From Epithemia pelagica (taxonomy: Eukaryota; Protista; Bacillariophyta), in NCBI GenBank assembly GCA_946965045.2, contig OX337228.1, forward strand, positions 1,240,001-1,304,000: 64,000 nucleotides of DNA, given 5' to 3'. Made by a program: the position numbers and the translations under genes. Shown piece by piece: positions 22,206-36,577 of this stretch; the first letter of the stretch is position 1; each line of letters opens with the position of its first letter. Below the pieces are notes generated by a model. It was not told the DNA's origin. It saw only the letters and a program-made list of their open reading frames with translations, and did not search any database.

Positions 22206-25035
22206 GATGGATCAATCAATCAATCACACTGCAATACTAGAGAACACTAGTAGACAGAACAAGCAACAACACAGTCCTTTGTGGTTTGGTTCGTTCTAGA
22301 GCTGTCAACACTCTATGGCTTGAGCACTTTTGATCCGTTATGGACCATTCGGATTTTTCCTTGTCTTGTTCCCTCTTTTGTTCTTCTTCCTTCTCTCCGA
22401 GAGTTGTTGTTGTTGTTGTTGTTGTTACGCCGCAGGGCGTCTCTTTTTGGTCTGACTGGATAAGAACTTATGGCTCTCTCTCTCTATTGTAAGATATAGT
22501 TGGACGGCCGTTTTTCTTTCATTTCCTTTTTGATGGTGTGTGTGTCTCTTTTGGAATCCAAACGAGATGGTGCTTCGGCCCCCATAGAATTGCCTCTACT
22601 ACTGCCCTCTCCCCCAAGCATTGCCTGTTAGTCACTCAGTATGTTCTAATCAGAGTGATCCAAGCGGAACCAAAGCAGACCGAACTACCTCTAGCCCGTG
22701 CTTTCAGGGCCTCCACTGTTTTTTCTATAGTGATTCTAACTTCGTAGGAATGGCACTACGGTCATTTTGCACTGCACAACACCACCATGGACAACAAGAA
22801 CCGCTGTGCACCTCCAACGAAAGGTGCTAGCACTCCGCCGGCTTGATCTTCATGTGTACCGTGAGGGAATGGACGGGAAGGGATGAGTTGGCTAGTTTCA
22901 TCGACCTACGGCAAGGTTCTGAAGTCTTTGGGCTGGAAGGAAGCAAGGAGATGACAACGATTGGAGTCAAATGATGATGGGATGAACGAAGATTACGGGG
23001 TGGGAGGACATTGGAAGCTTTGATATAGCTCAATGAGGCATGGGAAGAGTCGCGAAAACCGCTCACAGCAATTAGACGGATCGTTTCGATGATAACAACA
23101 ACGACAAACTCTGGCTTCCAAGGCACGACGCACGACAACAACAAGCAACTCCCTAGCACAAGCTCTCTAAAAGCAACAACAAGAACAAGCAATATGGATG
23201 CAACAACAAGTCAATCCAGGAGTGGATGCCACGAAGCTACGGTGGTGGCTATCCGATCAAGTGGTCGTCCTTCTCCTTCTCCCTTGTGTTCGGAAAACTT
23301 TGTGGCACAACAACGACACCAAACAACTACGCAACAATCAAATGCGCTATGTTTCTTTTGGTTCCACAGTTCTACAGCCCAAACGAGGCAAAGCGGAAAC
23401 AAGAAGCAGCGACCGCAATCAACTGGTTTTGGCCTTGCGTAGCAGTGCGTGTCCCAATCATTCCAATCAACTTGTCGTTTCGACCGACCGAAACAATTTG
23501 GGGCCACGACAATGACTTCAAACGCAACAATCCACTGTTCTCCATCTCTGTTTCTTTCATTTCTACGGTTCCGCAAGAAACGAAACAATCAACACCTTGT
23601 TTTGGCCGAACGAGACAACCTTGTGCCGCGACAACGACACCAAACGCAACAACGAACTCCTCGTTTCGAAAGGGTGAAACAATCTCCTATAACAACGAGG
23701 ACAACAAGCAGCAACGATGGTGGCAATCTAGCATAGGCTTATCATTAGGAAGCCGTTTGTGCAGTTTGATCTACTCGTAGTCCTAGTACTTTCACTTCTC
23801 GTACAGAAAGGGGAAGCGCCTCCTCGTCATGGTGAAAGGTTCATCGGTACGAGGGCGAGGTACGAGAACATCTTGTGGATGTGGGGCAATTCATTTTACT
23901 TTAGGAAAATGTATAGTGATGTGAATCTCGTAGGGCCGGAAGTTTCACCGAGGTGAAGCACGGGCTACTGCGCGAAGAACTTTCGCTCGGTGGAGCTCGT
24001 ACAGATTGGCTTGACGCTTGACGATGATTCAAACTAAAATCTAATCCTACAATAGCCCTCATCAGGATCGAGTCTCCTTCTCCTGTCGCGTAGCCATTGG
24101 CAGTTGGCAGCCCCATAATGTAGATACGATAGCTATGGTTCCTTTTTCCCTTGGTACTCCTAGTAGTAGAGGAGTAGGAGTATTTGTCCCGGATCTTGCG
24201 AAAGTCTCTGATGCTGAGTGCTGAGTCTCGCTACCTATGGCCATACCATGTGGGAGTGGGGAATGCGGAAACAAAATAATCGTTCTCTAGAGGAGTACTC
24301 CTAAGAAGTAAGGTAGTCTACCATGGGGTGATTATTTTGACAAACTGGAGATTCATGACATCATTCATGTCAAGGCGTTCGAATTGCCATCTCAGGTGGC
24401 TATTGTATGCAAGGGAAATGCCTTTGACATTCATGGACCTGGGCCTAAGTCCGTGCTACAGTACATTAGGTCTGTCCCTCGTCCCTCCAGTTCCCATTCC
24501 CAATTCCCAGTTTCCCAGCGACTACACTGGTCGCGGAAACACAAGATGCCCAGTGTCGTCAGATGCAGGGCCCACGTCAGATACTGCAACTGCACCCCAG
24601 AAGAACCCAAACTCCAAAACGTGGGCGAGAAAGTTTCGTTCCAACGATCGATGCGGTCGTCTCCCGAGCTCAAATGGCAGCGACACATGCGTGTTCGTTG
24701 GTCTTGATCCCGCGAGACCTCTTAGTATCGAAGAACCATACAACGAGACAAAGACTGGCCCCCGTCGCGCGGGCCGGTAGCAGTCGCTGCGAAGCATTCG
24801 GTCGCACAGCCCCCAACGTGGGCACTGACGTCTGTATTTTGCATCCCCGAATGACATACGTAATACCCCTGCAGTCCAACAAACCGCTACATTGCTGCAG
24901 TGTTCGTAACTGCGTCTCATCATCATCGTCGAGTACGTGACAACAACCAACCAAAGAATCTTCAATCTCTTGTCCCAAACTTTTGACAAGGGAGGAATTC
25001 ACCACACCATCATTCGAATCAAGATCATCATCATC

Positions 25036-26356
25036 ATGAAGCTTACCAGTGCTGTGTTTTTCTTGGCCGCTAGTGCCCACGCCTTTGCCCCGCAACAACA
25101 GGTTGCCTTCCGTCCCAAAACCTTCCTTGCGAGTACGGAAACCGCCGAAGAAACCAAGGTGAGTTCAGTGCGAGTTTCATTCCCTAGGAGCACGGTTCCA
25201 TGGAACACGCGGTTTTTGTTAGAGCGAATTCATTTCTCATTTGGTAATTTGTCAATGTATTGTGTAGGCCTTTGCCAAGCTCCCCGCTTCGGTCAAGCCT
25301 GGTGTTGTCACTGGCCAAGCCTTGAAGGATCTTTTGAACGACGCCAAAGAAAAGGGATACGCCATTCCAGGAGTCAATATTGTCGGATCCAACTCCATCA
25401 ATTCCTGCATGGAAGCCGCCGCTAAGTACGGTGGACCCATCATGGTCACTTTCTCCAAGGGTGGCGGTCAATTCATTGCCGGAAAGTCCGTCTCCAACGA
25501 GGACGACAAGGCCTCCATTGCTGGATGCATTGCCGGAGCCCTTCACGTCCGTCAAGTCGCTGAATTGTACGGTGTCCCCGTTGTCTTGCACACCGACCAT
25601 TGCCAAAAAGCCTGGTTGCCATGGGTCGACGGTCTTTTGGCCGCCAACGAAGAATACTTTGAAAAGAACGGCGAACCCCTCTTTTCTTCGCACATGTTGG
25701 ATCTTTCCGAGGAATCCCTCGAAGAAAACATTGCCATTTGCAAGGAATACATGGAACGCATGGCCAAGATCAACTGCTTGTTGGAATTCGAACTCGGCGT
25801 CACTGGTGGAGAAGAAGACGGTGTCGATAACACGGACGTCGACTCGTCTCGTTTGTACACGCAACCCGAGGAAGTCTTTTACGCCTACGAACAATTGAGC
25901 CAAGTGCCCAATGCCATGTTCACCTGCGCCGCCTCCTTTGGAAACGTGCACGGTGTCTACGCGCCCGGAAATGTGGAATTGAAACCCATTATCCTCCACA
26001 ACACGCAAAAGTACATTCAAGAAAAGTTGAGCAGTGAAGACGACAAGCCCATGCTCTTTGTCTTCCACGGTGGTTCGGGTTCCTCCGTCGATGACATTCG
26101 TTACGCCATTGAAGCCGGTGTGATCAAGATGAACATTGATACCGACACTCAGTGGGCCTTCTGGGACGGTGTCCGCCAATACGAAGCCAAGTACCACGAC
26201 TACTTGCAGGGACAAATTGGAAACCCCGAAGGCGAGGAAAAGCCAAACAAGAAGTTCTACGATCCTCGTATGTCTCTCCGAGAGGGTGAAAGCTCCATGG
26301 CCGACCGCCTTGTCAAGGCCGCGGAGGACTTGAACTGCGTCAATGTGCTCAACTAA
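25036..26356 (+). CDS. FBA: Plastid-targeted class II fructose-bisphosphate aldolase (2 exons)
   Basis: Exons 25036-25158 and 25268-26356. Signal peptide ending AHA-FAP. Motifs VVLHTDHC, SSHMLDLSEE, FGNVHGVY, FVFHGGSGS, KMNIDTDTQ. Confidence 0.95.
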
Positions 26357-26997
26357 TTGGATGGATGCCCTGGGACCCGCAATCTTTTACTTTTTGCGCA
26401 CGCGCGCGTTACACACTATCCCCTTTTCGTCCGGAACCTTGGATTCTGCCACACCAACGACCTTATCCGTGTACTAAACTAGAGAAGTAGTCCAGATCAC
26501 ACTTGTTACACTGTTTAGAGGTAGTGTTTACGGAAATAGTTGAAGATATGAGTGTCGAAAAGACGGAGGATGCGCATCTGTACAGCAGTTCGATTCTCTT
26601 TGGTCACGGGAGGACTAGTTGTTCGACGATAGATTCCCACTTGATACCAATGGATACACCTAGGTAGGTCGACCTTGCGCAAAGATCAGATCCCAATTGG
26701 AAGGTCATCTTGTTGAAAATGCCATGAAAGACGAAAGTACATGCCATATAGATATCCAATGACCTCTGCATTCCCGTTTCTCTTGATGACTGGTGACATT
26801 CCTATAAACATATATAATATGGGAACTCTATTACAAACAAAGTGTGTCCATGTATGTAAAGATCATTTATAGAAAAAGATTGACCACTCTACCAACACAT
26901 GCCGTCCACTCGTATGGACTCTTGGCATCTCCACCTCCACAATTCCAAACTCCAATCGACGCTACTCGAAGCAAACGCGACGACTACTACTCGGTCC

Positions 26998-28561
<1,564 letters not shown>

Positions 28562-28769
28562 TTACAAGAAGCGAGCTCGTCACGAAACGTTTGGTCAATG
28601 TGACAAAGACACACAACAACAGGAGAGAACCGACGACGGAGCACAAAAAAAAGGACGATGGATGTGATGATACCTTGGATCCAAGTTGGATGCGTAGATC
28701 GATTTTGATGGATACAAGTACAGCAGCGGCGGTATATGACGTAGTAGACGCTCCTCGCAAGTACACCCA

Positions 28770-30451
28770 TCAAAGATTCGCTCTTCCCCCACCGCGAGAA
28801 AGATCTTGTCGCGGATACGGAGACGGACGCGCGTTTCGAGCTCGCATGCAAATACAGGAGAAGACCCCACCACGCCGGCATGGCATTCTTTCCTACCTAC
28901 GAGTAGATCATTCCCACTTTTTGCGCCGGGACAACTCTCCTATTCCTATTCTCACCATGCCTCTGGTCTCCGGTGATGCAAACGAAATCCGTGACCAGGA
29001 AAAGGGCCCCATGGAGTCAGGAAGGAGAAAGTAATGGAAGGCTGTTTCATTTGGAACAATAATCTGTTGCAATATACTACTCGAGAGGAAAGCACAGCGA
29101 AAAGCTGATCCATCAACACCAGCCTCCCTATACAGGCTGCGTCCATCTGGTACACTGAATGAAAATCTCATCGACCATCACGTTCATGATGATAAAATAG
29201 TTCCAAGCACGACTGTCGAAACGACTGAGTGTTTATATCACAGATTGCGATCTGCCTCTCTATCCAGTCGTAGACAGCCAATTGCCTCAATCGTCGTGTT
29301 CCAGCCAAACGTCTCACACCAGGAGGCAAAACCACAAGCACGCTTTCTCGGTCCATTTTGTTTGCCGGTCGAACACTCACTCGGTCGTCACAACTATGGA
29401 ACAGAAAATCATAAAAAAGGTTGTTACCACACACAAGCGTGTTACAATGCTCTACGACTCGGCCGAAATGGACGCCGCCGTAGGTTCCGACAGTGATCCT
29501 TCGGGGGCAAACAAATCGTTGATTGTGTTGGTATAAAAGTCGGGTGCTATGGAATTGTCGGGACTCAGCAATTTTTCTTCCGATGTGACACCACTCAAGA
29601 CAAGCAGACTTCAAAGATTCTTCCCCCACCACAGCGAGAAAGATCTTGTCGCGGATACGGAGACGGACGCGCGTTTCGAGCTCGCATGCAAATACAGGAG
29701 CAGACCCCACCACGCCGGCATGGCATTCTTTCCTACCTACGAGTAGATCATTCCCACTTTTTGCGCCGGGACAACTCTCCTATTCCTATTCTCACCATGC
29801 CTCTGGTCTCCGGTGATGCAAACGAAATCCGTGACCAGGAAAAGGGCCCCATGGAGTCAGGAAGGAGAAAGTAATGGAAGGCTGTTTCATTTGGAACAAT
29901 AATCTGTTGCAATATACTACTCGAGAGGAAAGCACAGCGAAAAGCTGATCCATCAACACCAGCCTCCCTATACAGGCTGCGTCCATCTGGTACACTGAAT
30001 GAAAATCTCATCGACCATCACGTTCATGACGACAAAATAGTTCCAAGCACGACTGTCGAAACGACTGAGTGTTTATATCACAGATTGCGATCTGCCTCTC
30101 TATCCAGTCGTAGACAGCCAATTGCCTCAATCGTCGTGTTCCAGCCAAACGTCTCACACCAGGAGGCAAAACCACAAGCACGCTTTCTCGGTCCATTTTG
30201 TTTGCCGGTCGAACACTCACTCGGTCGTCACAACTATGGAACAGAAAATCATAAAAAAGGTTGTTACCACACACAAGCGTGTTACAATGCTCTACGACTC
30301 GGCCGAAATGGACGCCGCCGTAGGTTCCGACAGTGATCCTTCGGGGGCAAACAAATCGTTGATTGTGTTGGTATAAAAGTCGGGTGCTATGGAATTGTCG
30401 GGACTCAGCAATTTTTCTTCCGATGTGACACCACTCAAGACAAGCAGACTT
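28770..30451. repeat. 840-bp tandem duplication covering the PGP 3' end and the PGP-ENO intergenic region
   Basis: Units 28770-29610 and 29611-30451. ORF-track entries recur at +840. I saw 3 substitutions plus small indels near the unit start. Confidence 0.92.
29452..29611 (-). pseudogene. Duplicated last ~52 codons of PGP
   Basis: Identical to 30292-30451. An in-frame stop lies immediately upstream at the duplication junction. Confidence 0.8.
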
Positions 30452-31627
30452 TGAAGGCCATTGTCCTTGCCAAACAAAATGTCGGTATCGAGTCGATCGC
30501 CCACCATACAGAGTCGCGATCGGTCAAAACCAAACTTACTCTCCAAATAGTCAATCATCAATGGACTCGGCTTTCCCACTGTGACTGGCTCTTGACCCGT
30601 GCATCCCTTAATGGCTCCCCTACACAAAGAAGAAAAGAATTCGCAAACGATTGTCAGCCTGCGGTCCACACACACACACAAGTGCAACAGACAGTACGCC
30701 ATACACTTGTCCATTCCTGTCACTTACACCATGGATCCATTGCCCGCCCATTCTTGGGCATCCGTCAAGTGTGTCACAGCGTCCAGATTGGTGGCAATGA
30801 ATTGGGCATTGTGTTCGTTAATGGCCAATTGTGCGTATTGAATCTTGTAATAGTTGATCGTCCGATCAAACCCCACCACAACAGCTCCCACATCCTCATC
30901 AATGTCCAATTTTCCACCCGATCCCATGTTGGGTTCCTTCCCGGCATCGTCGGGACCACCAATGTAGGGCACTCCAATCAAATCCAATTCTTGGCAAATG
31001 CCAATTTCCCCAATGACATAGACTTTCTGGCCCGTTTCATGGAATTTGGTTTGTTCCAAATAGGCCGCGGCCGCAAAGGAGGAGGAAAATATTTCTTCGG
31101 CTGGCACGGACGTTAATCCCAAACTGTCAAACTTTTTCTTGTATCCAGCTCGACTCTTGGTGGAATTGTTGGTGACAAAAAACATTTTCTTGCCCGCCTT
31201 CCGCAAAAGTTCCAAGGTTTCGGGAATTCCTGGAATCAAGGAGTCGCCCTATACAGACAGTGGATATAGAACAGCACAAGAGCGTGTGGAGCCCCAGCAA
31301 TGAGAAAAAGAGAGTTGTGTGTGATCAGAATTGTGGCAGCGTCCACTCCTCACAAACAATGCAATATACCTGCAACGACAATCACAGAGCAAGAATGATA
31401 CGTACCCGCCAAATGACACCATCGCAATCAAAAATAAAGACATCGACCTTGTCCAACAATTCACGTTGGGGATCGGACAGTTTCAAGACATTGGCTTGCA
31501 ACTGAGACGACGACGAGAATCGCGAGGATGGTGTTACACCAAAGACGGGGGTGGTACGAGGGGCAAAGGCCCGAGCGCCACCCACCATCAAGGCCAAAGA
31601 GGGAAGGACCGAACGGGAGAGTCTCAT
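30292..31627 (-). CDS. PGP: Plastid-targeted phosphoglycolate phosphatase, HAD IIA family (3 exons)
   Basis: Exons 31627-31406, 31248-30728 and 30619-30292. Signal peptide ending ARA-FAP. Motifs FIFDCDGVIW, FVTNNSTKSR, VGKPS, MVGDRLDTDI. Confidence 0.93.
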
Positions 31628-31782
31628 GATGATAGTCCTATAAAGATTGGAACTGGCCGTCAGTGGGCCGACCGAACAAAAGAAGAAAACCGGGACACGG
31701 AAGCAACGTAGTGCACAGAAAACGTACGTCCAATAATACATGAACAATTTTCTATACTTAAAAGTCGTCCCTTAAAGCAGTA

Positions 31783-31855
31783 TCCTTGTTAGCTCAGTTG
31801 GTAGAGCGTGAGACTGTTAATCTTAAGGTCGTGGGTTCGATCCCCACACGAGGAG
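31783..31855 (+). tRNA. trnN: tRNA-Asn (GTT), intronless
   Basis: Full cloverleaf: acceptor TCCTTGT/ACGAGGA, D arm GCTC/GAGC, anticodon arm TGAGA-CTGTTAA-TCTTA, T arm GTGGG-TTCGATC-CCCAC, discriminator G. Confidence 0.97.
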
Positions 31856-32021
31856 TATCTTTGGCGAATGAGTCGCAGATGGGTCCTCCTCTTTTGATGG
31901 GGTCTAAGTCGAACGTGGGTCATTTATGTTCGAAGAAGACTTTTGCTCCAAAGTGCAGATCTGCTCCTTTCATTCCCAAAAACAACAGTTGGTGGACTGT
32001 ACATATCATTTCCTTTGCAGC

Positions 32022-33658
32022 ATGCTTCGTCCAAACCAAAGGCAACGACAACCTGTCACAAGGGGGGCAACTCGATCCAATTCATCGAGTGGAGGGACGT
32101 CTCGTGAGAAATCGTCGTCCTCGTCGGGCCTTCTCATGTACTTCCATCGTGGAAAGACCCATTTGCTGGTCTTGATTGTGGGAATGTTGCTGGGATACAT
32201 TCTGCTTCCCATGCTGGTTTTGGAAGTGGAATTGAAGGGATTTATGGATTCTTTTACCGACATTGATCGACACAGTAAGAATTCGTTCCGTCAGTCATCA
32301 CCCACGCAAGTCAGTATCATGTCACCGAATCTCGACACGCCGAGCGATACCAGCAGTTATTTGCGTCCTCAATCCGAAGTCAATGACGTCCCTCGAACCT
32401 TGGAATCCAGTAATGCACAAGGCGGAGACAGTCTTGTCGGCAAGGCCACCACGACGGTCGAACAACGTTTGATTGAAAATCACGGCGTCTTGTCGCGCCA
32501 ATCCTTACCGACACGAACGACTCCCTATGTCATGAAGACGAATTTTTTGCCCGATCATCAACGCATGAAGATTCTCGTGACTGGTGGAGCCGGCTTTGTT
32601 GGAAGCCATTTGGTAGACAAGCTCATGATGGAAGGACATGAAGTGATTGTCATTGACAACTTTTTTACGGGCCAAAAGCGCAATGTTGCGCACTGGTTTC
32701 ATCATCCAAACTTTAGGTGAGTATCAGGCATGTCGTCTGTGTTGTTTTATTGGCACCGTCAAGTGCTCATTTGTTAATGATGTGTCTCCTTTGGTCCTCT
32801 CGTTGTGCTTCTGTTTCGCGTTTCGATTATAGCTTGGTGGTCCACGACGTGACGGAGCCCATTCAACTCGAAGTGGATCAAATCTATCACTTGGCCTGTC
32901 CGGCCTCGCCACCGCATTATCAGTACAATCCAGTCAAAACAATCAAGACCAGTACCATGGGAACCTTGAACATGCTCGGGTTGGCCAAACGCGTCCGCGC
33001 TAGAATGTTATTGACAAGTACCAGTGAAATTTACGGCGATCCAACCGTGCATCCGCAACCCGAATCGTATTGGGGCAATGTCAATACGATTGGTCCCCGT
33101 TCCTGTTACGACGAAGGCAAGCGTGTGGCAGAAACCATGTGCTTGGCCTACAAGAATCAAAATGGTGTCGAAATCCGTATTGCTCGTATTTTCAATACCT
33201 TTGGACCTCGCATGCATCCCAACGATGGCCGTGTCGTGTCCAATTTTATCATTCAATCGCTGCAAAACAAGGATATCACCATTTATGGAGAAGGCAAACA
33301 AACCCGGTCCTTCCAATACGTTTCCGATCTCGTCGAAGGCTTGTACAAACTCATGAATAGCAATTACGACATGCCTGTCAATTTGGGAAATCCGGAAGAA
33401 TATACCGTCAAGTCCTTTGCGGAATACATTCACAAATTGACCGCCTCCACATCCAAGATTGTCTATCTCCCCAAGTCCCAAGACGATCCTTCGCAACGTC
33501 GACCCGAAATCACAACGGCCAAGGAACAAATTGGATGGCAACCTCAAGTTAAGGTTGAACAAGGATTGCAAAAGACGATCGAATATTTCAAGGTGGTCTT
33601 GGAAGATGCGGGTGAAATTATTCCGACTGGACCTGGTGCCGCCAAGCCCGAGGCATAG
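32022..33658 (+). CDS. UXS: UDP-glucuronate decarboxylase (UDP-xylose synthase), membrane-anchored (2 exons)
   Basis: Exons 32022-32716 and 32833-33658 (upstream ATG at 31926 also possible). N-terminal TM helix; motifs [41 protein letters not shown]. Confidence 0.93.
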
Positions 33659-33660
33659 AG

Positions 33661-33779
33661 AAATGTTTGGTTCCGTCCTCTTGTGTGTGTTTGTGTTGTC
33701 ACTGAAATACACAAACAATGCCAAATGTTCGATTGCTTCCTCTTGTGTGTGTTTGTGTTGCGACTGAAACACACACAAG
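33661..33779. repeat. Imperfect ~62-bp tandem repeat just after the UXS stop
   Basis: AAATGTT...TCCTCTTGTGTGTGTTTGTGTTG..ACTGAAA x2. Confidence 0.8.
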
Positions 33780-34820
33780 TTTCCAGAACGACTACACATC
33801 ACAGGAGCCGACACACCTTTATGGGTGCATGGCTTGGAGCCGAGACCAAGCTCCATATACCATTTTTTATGAGAAAGTATTCTATCACTGTTAATGAAAA
33901 TCGAGGTTCTATACAAAATAGCAAGGCTACGCCGTATCGTCTATGTAACTAGAAGCGCTGGACATGGGATTAGGGTGCGCATATTGTATCTTGTTGTATG
34001 GATCGTTCCTTCGGTAAAATTCGCCGCATGCTATTAACGAGGCAGTGGCAACGAGTCGGTTGAAAAGAAACAGCATTGAGGTAACCAGAGCACTTGCAAC
34101 AAATCCAGTCTACTTGTTGTTCTGGTTTGATTGGATTCCTGTGGAGGAATCATCACTTGGGTAATGGTGCTACTGCTTTGCCTTGTGCTCGAGCCCCATG
34201 AGGTGTCAAAACTGCAAAACAATCGGGAGTTCTTGTCAGTGATTCATTCATTTCTTCCCAAGAGTGCTGCCGAAAGCGAGAACCAATCCATACAAGACCC
34301 GTATTGTAGAATGCAGTCCCATGGTTGATAGCTCTATCACCTCCACAGAACGCATTAATCCGATTGATTGTCTCGCCTACGACAAGACAAGAGCTCTCAT
34401 TTCGATCTTCTTTTGTCACCATGTTCCTTCCAAGACATACATGCTTCTACGAACCAGCATACATTCTGATGGATGGATGCCCCTCTTTCTTTATTGGAAT
34501 CCGCTGCCTGTGGACGTTAGTCGACCTCCCATCGAAACGGCCGAGAAACTGTGCCTGTCACAACGACCCATGCTTCCAGGAACCACCATGTTCCGATTCA
34601 TTCACATTCTGTTCCTCCCACATCGAGACAGGTTCCCAAGGGCCTCCCGATTGCGATTCAGAATTTCCCCAACGGTTTCGTGTGATTGTCAACACCTTGT
34701 AGTATTGCCCAAACACATTTGTCCTGGTACACGACGCCATGGCAATGGTTGTTGTATCTAGAAATGTCTCGGATGCACACTTGTACGGGCATGTCCTCGT
34801 CCATATGGTCATTGTGTCTA

Positions 34821-36215
34821 CTAGGGTTGCTGCAAGGAAGATACCAAGGCTATATCGGTGGCATAGACCTGTTGTAGACGACGGATCGTATCAGACGTTA
34901 AATCGTCCACGGTCAATTGGGTCTTGTTGTGGAGGTTGGTGGTGGTGGTGGTAGTCGTAGAAGAAGCCGCCAAAGTGGAATTGGACGAACGACCAATCGA
35001 TTGGACATGCCGTAGGGCAATGGGAATCCCAAAGGCTTGCATGAGTCGATCAAATTGTTGGGACAATGTGTTGTCCTGGTGGTTGTTGCTGTCCAGGACC
35101 AAGACATAATCGACCATGCGTACATTGTGAGGACCGAGGATATATTCGGATTGGGGAACCCAATGGCCATTGTCCAGTAAGTAGGGCAAGGCCGCTGTCC
35201 CGGGACCGCCCGTTTGTTGTTGTTGTTCGTTCCGATGGAGCTTGTCGCGAATCCAAGCATTCATATGAGTCGCATTGTGCAATTGGCTCCGGGGACAATG
35301 ATTGGGCCGCCACTCTTTGGATTGCAAGGTACAGGCATAATTATATTCGCTCACGACCCGAACCAAGGGTGACCGAACAATGGCAAACAACTCGGCATTG
35401 TGGTAGGGATGAACCAGCGAGCAGGATTCCTGGTTCGGCGAATACTGAATCATGTCATGGTTCGCCTCGTCTTGTTTGAGATTCGCCGAATAATAATGAC
35501 GATGACTCTGGAGGGGAAACCATTGGGAGGGAACATGCCACCATCCCACACGACGCGGCCAGTCGTAGCCACCGACAGTGCTGGGACAAATTTTGCGCTT
35601 GGGTTTGTGCGGAAACCGACAACTCCCCCATGCCACACCATGTTCGGCTGCCACTTGTTCGACGGCGGTACCGGCCGTTTTGGGAATGTGCAAAAACTGG
35701 AGTTGGTCGTTTCGTTTGCCCAATTGGACAAAGGATTGTACATAGGCTTGTGCTGCCTCGAGTTCGGGGTCCAACAGCACTCGCACGTGTTTTGCGGTCG
35801 TGGACGGATGAGATGGAAACGGCGACAACCAGGGGAGACCGTTCTCGTTATTGCTGTTACTAGTGTTGCCTTGAATGTTTTGAAAGATCCGACGATGAAA
35901 GTACCATAGCACCATGAGTTGAACCAGTAGAAATCCAATGAGCACCGATTGATCGATATAGGACCATCGAGGCATCATCCTGGTGCAGTACGAGACTGTC
36001 CTTCTGGAAGAAGAAGAAGAAGAAGAAGAAGAATGAGGTCCATAACTACTAGCACGAGACTGCTCCGGACGTCGACCTCGTCCATTCCCCATCTTGTCGT
36101 GTGTTTCGTTCACAGCACGTTTGCTTTTCGCTGTTCGGGGCGACCAGTCGCTGCGACAAGGGTACGGATATGCACAAGGCAGAGATCGAGAGAGAGTTTT
36201 GGAGAGACAAGACAT
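34821..36215 (-). CDS. Golgi-type sulfotransferase-family protein
   Basis: PAPS-binding-like motifs FLHIPKTAGT, FAIVRSPLVRVVSEY and HWVPQSEY, plus a TM segment. The true start may be 35978. Confidence 0.75.
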   Translation of the reverse strand: MSCLSKTLSRSLPCAYPYPCRSDWSPRTAKSKRAVNETHDKMGNGRGRRPEQSRASSYGPHSSSSSSSSSRRTVSYCTRMMPRWSYIDQSVLIGFLLVQLMVLWYFHRRIFQNIQGNTSNSNNENGLPWLSPFPSHPSTTAKHVRVLLDPELEAAQAYVQSFVQLGKRNDQLQFLHIPKTAGTAVEQVAAEHGVAWGSCRFPHKPKRKICPSTVGGYDWPRRVGWWHVPSQWFPLQSHRHYYSANLKQDEANHDMIQYSPNQESCSLVHPYHNAELFAIVRSPLVRVVSEYNYACTLQSKEWRPNHCPRSQLHNATHMNAWIRDKLHRNEQQQQTGGPGTAALPYLLDNGHWVPQSEYILGPHNVRMVDYVLVLDSNNHQDNTLSQQFDRLMQAFGIPIALRHVQSIGRSSNSTLAASSTTTTTTTNLHNKTQLTVDDLTSDTIRRLQQVYATDIALVSSLQQP

Positions 36216-36577
36216 GCGTTAAGCAAAATGTGAGAGCGAGAAAGAGCCTCGACTCTCGACTGGCGGTTTCCGATCCGTTCAACGGAAACGGGACCAAGAC
36301 CTAGATATTGGTCGCTTTTGAGTCGCTTAAAAATTCCAGTGTATGGTGTCTGAATTCTGGGACACCCTCCCAAAATTCCGATCTTCTGTTCGTACGCAAG
36401 AAGAGAACCACAATGTGCAACATCTGCGCCTATACGATCGTGTCGCCAGAAGAGACACTAACGAACTCGACGACCAAAGACATCAACCTTTGATGGTCTT
36501 TCATCTTTCAACAGTAGTATCTGTAGAGAAATAGAAAATACGCAAGAAAAGAAACAGAAAAGAGAACATTGGCCGCA

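Noticed and set aside
23729-24780. Possible MITE or gene fragment: AGGAGTACTCCT palindrome at 24291-24302 and a protein-like frame at 24310-24707
   Set aside because: No terminal inverted repeats or TSD found, similar TACTCCT motifs recur in other intergenic DNA, and the peptide has no recognisable motif.
29168-29713. 181-aa ORF crossing the duplication junction
   Set aside because: A by-product of the tandem duplication, out of frame with PGP, with no coding signal.
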